This document shows positions 60,352 through 64,000 of a stretch of 64,000 nt of DNA, piece by piece; position 1 is the first letter of the stretch; the number at the start of each line of letters is the position of its first letter. A program made the position numbers and the translations under genes. Source of the DNA: an uncultured Verrucomicrobiae bacterium (GTDB lineage: Bacteria > Verrucomicrobiota > Verrucomicrobiia > Limisphaerales > Palsa-1400); the NCBI GenBank assembly GCA_963707025.1, contig CAVPOM010000004.1, positions 608,001 to 672,000 on the forward strand, read 5' to 3'. Under the pieces are notes generated by a model. It worked only from the letters and a program-made list of their open reading frames with translations. It searched no databases and was not told the DNA's origin.

Positions 60352-62334
60352 ATGAGCGAGAGAAATTTTGGCAGGCGCCGCCGCGGCGGCATGCGTTTCC
60401 GCCCCGCCGGCGGATTCGGCAACAAACCCGACCGGTCGGCCCAGGAAGCCCGCGCCGAAGCGGTGGGGGAGAAAGGGCCGGAGGCGCCGTTCGAGCGCGC
60501 CCGGCATCAACAGGAAATCGAGCGGGCGGAGAACCTGGCCGCCGGGCTGCCGGCGGAAGGCCCGCCGGAGAACGCGCCGCCGCCGCCGGAAGCGGGCGGC
60601 CGGAGGAGAGAGTTCCGGCAGCCTCATTTGGACACGCCGGCGCAGGTGGAGGAGGACAAATTTGAAATGGTGCCCCTGGCCGAGCCGCCGCCCAAGGGCC
60701 TGGTGGAGAACCTGAAGGCGCGGGTCAGCAAGGTGGTCAAGAAGGTGCAGCGCTTGATCAAGCCCGAGGTCCGGACGAACAAGGAAATCATCATTAACGC
60801 CGAATCGCTCGAAACCCGCGTGGCGGTGCAGGAGGAGGGGCGCCTGGAGGAGTTCACCATCGAGCGCACGACGGAGGAGCGGCTGGTGGGCAGCGTTTTC
60901 AAGGGCAAAGTGCGCAATTTGCAGGACGACTTGAAAGCGGCCTTTGTGGATATCGGCTTTGAGAAGAACGCCTTTCTCCATTATTGGGACATCATCCCCA
61001 CGCCCTTCGACAGCGGGGTAGAAGTGGTGGAACGCCATACCCAGCGGCGCGACCGTCCGCGCATCACCCAGAAGGACATCCCGCGCCACTATCCGCCGGG
61101 CAGCGAGATTATCGTGCAGGTGACCAAAGGGCCGATCGGGACCAAGGGGCCGCGAGTCACCACCAATTTGGTGTTGCCGGGACGCTACCTGGTGCTGCTG
61201 CCCCATTCCGACCAGAGCGGCATTTCGCGCAAGATCGAAAATCAGGAGGAACGCCAGCGCCTGAAGAGCATCCTGCGGGAACTGAGCATTCCGGAGGACA
61301 TGGGTGTGATCATGCGCACGGCGGGGGAGGGCCAGCGCAAGGCCTATTTCATCAGCGATCTGGCCTTGCTCCTGGAGAATTGGGCAGAAATCCAGGAAAA
61401 AATCAGGACCCAGCCGCCGGCCACCTGCGTTTTCCAGGAACCGGACCTGATCGAGCGCTCGGTGCGCGATTTTCTGACGGAGGACGTGGAGCGGGTGGTG
61501 GTGGACAACAAGGCGGCCTATGACCGGATGCGGGCGATCATCGCGCGCATTTCCACGGGGGGCATGCTCAAGAGCACGGCGGACAAAATCAAGCTCTACA
61601 CCGAGCACCAGCCCATCTTCGACCGCTTCAACATCACGCGCCAACTGGAGAACGCCTTCTCGCGCCAGGTGCATTTGAAAAGCGGCGGCTACCTGGTGAT
61701 AGACGAGACCGAGGCGCTGGTGGCGATAGACGTCAACACCGGCCGGCACAAAGGCACGCGCGACCAGGAATCCACCATCCTGCGCGTCAACCTGGAGGCG
61801 GCCGACGAAATCTGCCGCCAGTTGCGCCTGCGCAACATGGGCGGGCTGATCGTGCTGGATTTTATTGACATGAAATCGCGGCGCGACCAGCAGCAGGTCT
61901 ATCAGCGCATCAAGGACGGATTGCGGCGGGACCGGGCCAAAACGCATGTGCTGCCGATCTCGCAACTGGGCCTTTTGGAAATGACGCGCCAGCGCCATTC
62001 GGAAAGCGTGCGCAGCGCCGTCTATGACGACTGCCCCTATTGCAAGGGCCGGGGCAAGGTCAAAAGCTCCATCACCATGAGCGTGGAAATCCAGCGCAAG
62101 CTCAACGAAATCCTGAAAAAGCGTTCGCGCGATGAATCCGATTTCCAGCTTCGCATCGCGGTGCATCCGACCGTCTTGGAGCGTTTGCGCACCGAGGACG
62201 AAAAACTGATCATCGAAATGGAGAAGCGTTACTTCGGGAAACTCTCCTTCCGCCCCGAGCCGACCTTCCACGCCGAGCAATTCAAGATTGTTAACGTGGC
62301 CACCAACGAGGAACTGGTCAGCGTGGGTTCCTGA
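60352..62334 (+). CDS. Ribonuclease E/G family
   Basis: AAFVDIG, KGPIGTKGPRVTT, IDVNTG, LRLRNMGGLIVLDFIDM, CPYC. Confidence 0.95.
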   Translation: MSERNFGRRRRGGMRFRPAGGFGNKPDRSAQEARAEAVGEKGPEAPFERARHQQEIERAENLAAGLPAEGPPENAPPPPEAGGRRREFRQPHLDTPAQVEEDKFEMVPLAEPPPKGLVENLKARVSKVVKKVQRLIKPEVRTNKEIIINAESLETRVAVQEEGRLEEFTIERTTEERLVGSVFKGKVRNLQDDLKAAFVDIGFEKNAFLHYWDIIPTPFDSGVEVVERHTQRRDRPRITQKDIPRHYPPGSEIIVQVTKGPIGTKGPRVTTNLVLPGRYLVLLPHSDQSGISRKIENQEERQRLKSILRELSIPEDMGVIMRTAGEGQRKAYFISDLALLLENWAEIQEKIRTQPPATCVFQEPDLIERSVRDFLTEDVERVVVDNKAAYDRMRAIIARISTGGMLKSTADKIKLYTEHQPIFDRFNITRQLENAFSRQVHLKSGGYLVIDETEALVAIDVNTGRHKGTRDQESTILRVNLEAADEICRQLRLRNMGGLIVLDFIDMKSRRDQQQVYQRIKDGLRRDRAKTHVLPISQLGLLEMTRQRHSESVRSAVYDDCPYCKGRGKVKSSITMSVEIQRKLNEILKKRSRDESDFQLRIAVHPTVLERLRTEDEKLIIEMEKRYFGKLSFRPEPTFHAEQFKIVNVATNEELVSVGS

Positions 62335-62349
62335 ATAACTCCGGGGGAA

Positions 62350-62388
62350 GACCTTTCACCCGCCGGACAGGTCCGGCGGGTGAGGGTC
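62350..62388 (+). terminator. Strong hairpin downstream of the RNase E/G gene
   Basis: TCACCCGCCGGAC-ag-GTCCGGCGGGTGA; no clear U-tract. Confidence 0.55.
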
Positions 62389-62538
62389 ATCTCCCGATTT
62401 TGTATGGCATCACCATCAGGTGGCCGGCTGGGTCCAAGGATGAACAATTTCCCGGCCGAGGCCCGGAGCAGGTTTCTCATGGAACACGCGTAGCTGTTCC
62501 GACTTGCCGCCAGCCTGCCAACAGGCTACATTCAGCCC

Positions 62539-62835
62539 ATGAAAGTCGCGCATCAATCGGGCCGAAAACGGAAAGTTAATTGGCGCTCGGACAGTTTCAG
62601 TCTGAGCAACGCCAAAACTTATTTGGGACGCCTGATGGAAAAAGCCGGCAAAGGGCAAACCGTGTACATTGTGCGGGGAGAACGCCGCTTTATTTTGCAG
62701 TCAGTTCCCCCGGTTGATCCCATTCCCATCCGGCCAGCGGGCTACTTCGCCAATTGTTATAGCACAGAAGAAATCCAGGAACAAAACCGGCTCGCCAAGG
62801 CATCCGTCATCCGCCCCGCGGCAGACTTGGAATGA
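62539..62835 (+). CDS. Phd/YefM-like antitoxin
   Basis: SLSNAKTYLGRLMEKAGKGQTVYIVRG. Confidence 0.65.
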   Translation: MKVAHQSGRKRKVNWRSDSFSLSNAKTYLGRLMEKAGKGQTVYIVRGERRFILQSVPPVDPIPIRPAGYFANCYSTEEIQEQNRLAKASVIRPAADLE

Positions 62836-62848
62836 GCGGAGAGCGAAC

Positions 62849-63186
62849 ATGAGGCAATGGGATATTTTCATGTTCCCGTTCAGCAAGGAAAAACGGCATC
62901 CCGCGGTTGTCATTTCCAATGATGAAACCTGCCAAAATGGCGACATTGAGGAAGTCAACGCACTGCTTTGCACATCGGCGAAAGTGAACCGAGGCCCGAA
63001 ACTGACCGAAGAAGTGTTGGATGAGGCGGACGGACTCGATTGGAAGACAATGGTTCGTTGTGACAGAATATATTTGCTGCCAAGGCCGGATTCAAGGACG
63101 GGAAAGGACACGTCAGCGAAGAACGGCGACATTTGGTTGCGCGAAAAATGGTGGAAGTGTTAAGGCTGCCAATCCACCGCAGGTAA
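62849..63186 (+). CDS. PemK/MazF-family toxin (frameshift near 63080)
   Basis: MRQWDIF...KRHPAVVISND...GLDWKTMVRCDRI, shifted frame KGHVSEERRHLVARKMVEVL. Confidence 0.8.
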
Positions 63187-63311
63187 TAATCGGCGGCGCC
63201 AGGCTCCCGACCGGGCATTCCATTGGCGACGCGGAGGCGCGTGCTTTTGCTTTGCCGCTGCGCTGGCGGACTGGACTTTCCCGCCGGGGGCTGGCATGTT
63301 GGCGCGTCACG

Positions 63312-64000
63312 GTGAATAAACTCGAACAACTGCAATCGCTGCTGCGCTCCTACGGTTCGTGCCTGGTGGCCTATTCGGGCGGGGTGGATTCGGTTTTGCT
63401 GGCGTTTGTGGCCCATCAGACGCTGGGCGGCAAATCCCTGGCGGTGCTGGCCGATTCGCCCAGCCTGCCGCGGCGCGAGTTGGACGAGGCGGTGGCCGTT
63501 GCGGCGCAATTTTCCATTCCGTTGCGGGTGATTCACACCCGGGAGTTTGAAAATCCGGCCTATACCGCCAATCCGGATAACCGGTGCTATTTCTGCAAGC
63601 ACGAATTGTTCGCGCAATTGGCGCCGCTGGCCCGGCAGGAGAATTTCGCCGTCATCGCCTACGGGGAAAATGCCAGTGACGCGGCGGATTATCGTCCCGG
63701 GGCGCAGGCGGCGGGCGAATTTGCGGTGCGCGCGCCGCTGAAGGAGGCCGGGTTGAGCAAGGCGGAAATCCGCGCCCTGTCGGCGCAAATGGGCCTGCCC
63801 ACGGCGGACAAACCGCAGATGGCCTGCCTGAGTTCGCGCGTGCCGCACGGCGAGCCGGTCACGCCGGAGAAACTTTCCATGATTGAGCGAGCGGAATATG
63901 TTTTGCGCGATCTGGGTTTCCACGACTTGAGGGTGCGCCACCACGAATTGCCCGGGCCGGGCGGCCCGCTGGCGCGGATTGAAGTCGGCGCGGGAGAAAT
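63312..64000 (+). CDS. larE: ATP-dependent sacrificial sulfur transferase LarE (partial)
   Basis: Manual translation: LVAYSGGVDS, NPDNRCYFCK, DYRPG, ACLSSRVPHG, RVRHH. Confidence 0.92.
   Translation, partial: MNKLEQLQSLLRSYGSCLVAYSGGVDSVLLAFVAHQTLGGKSLAVLADSPSLPRRELDEAVAVAAQFSIPLRVIHTREFENPAYTANPDNRCYFCKHELFAQLAPLARQENFAVIAYGENASDAADYRPGAQAAGEFAVRAPLKEAGLSKAEIRALSAQMGLPTADKPQMACLSSRVPHGEPVTPEKLSMIERAEYVLRDLGFHDLRVRHHELPGPGGPLARIEVGAGE

Overview
The window has two halves. The left half (1 to ~42.3 kb) is a composite genomic island whose right end abuts the 3' end of a tRNA-Arg(ACG) gene; its left end appears to lie outside the window. It carries two intact-looking tyrosine recombinases, one decayed tyrosine recombinase, and a large serine recombinase with two ParB-like genes. 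It also holds a phage/ICE-like module (SSB, HTH-metallophosphoesterase, VirD4-like ATPase, sigma-like protein, tandem excisionase HTH, RuvC, HARE-HTH), a glycosyltransferase / radical-SAM / WG-repeat cassette, and a defence cluster (AbiE-type TA, 4TM + MBL + E2-E1-JAB ubiquitin-like conjugation system, TM0106 nuclease-helicase). Several non-coding repeats and gene relics are interspersed. The right half (~42.4-64 kb) is ordinary GC-rich chromosome: a TetR/HlyD/ABC/NodT efflux operon, DUF1501 + PSD1 cytochrome, gmd, mreBCD-mrdA-rodA-rne/rng, a Phd-like/MazF-like TA pair and larE. Gene content suggests a PVC-superphylum bacterium, probably Verrucomicrobiota (inference). Single-base frameshifts also occur in housekeeping genes (mrdA, mreB), so most frameshifts are probably assembly indels. 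All calls come from reading motifs by eye; no database searches were run.
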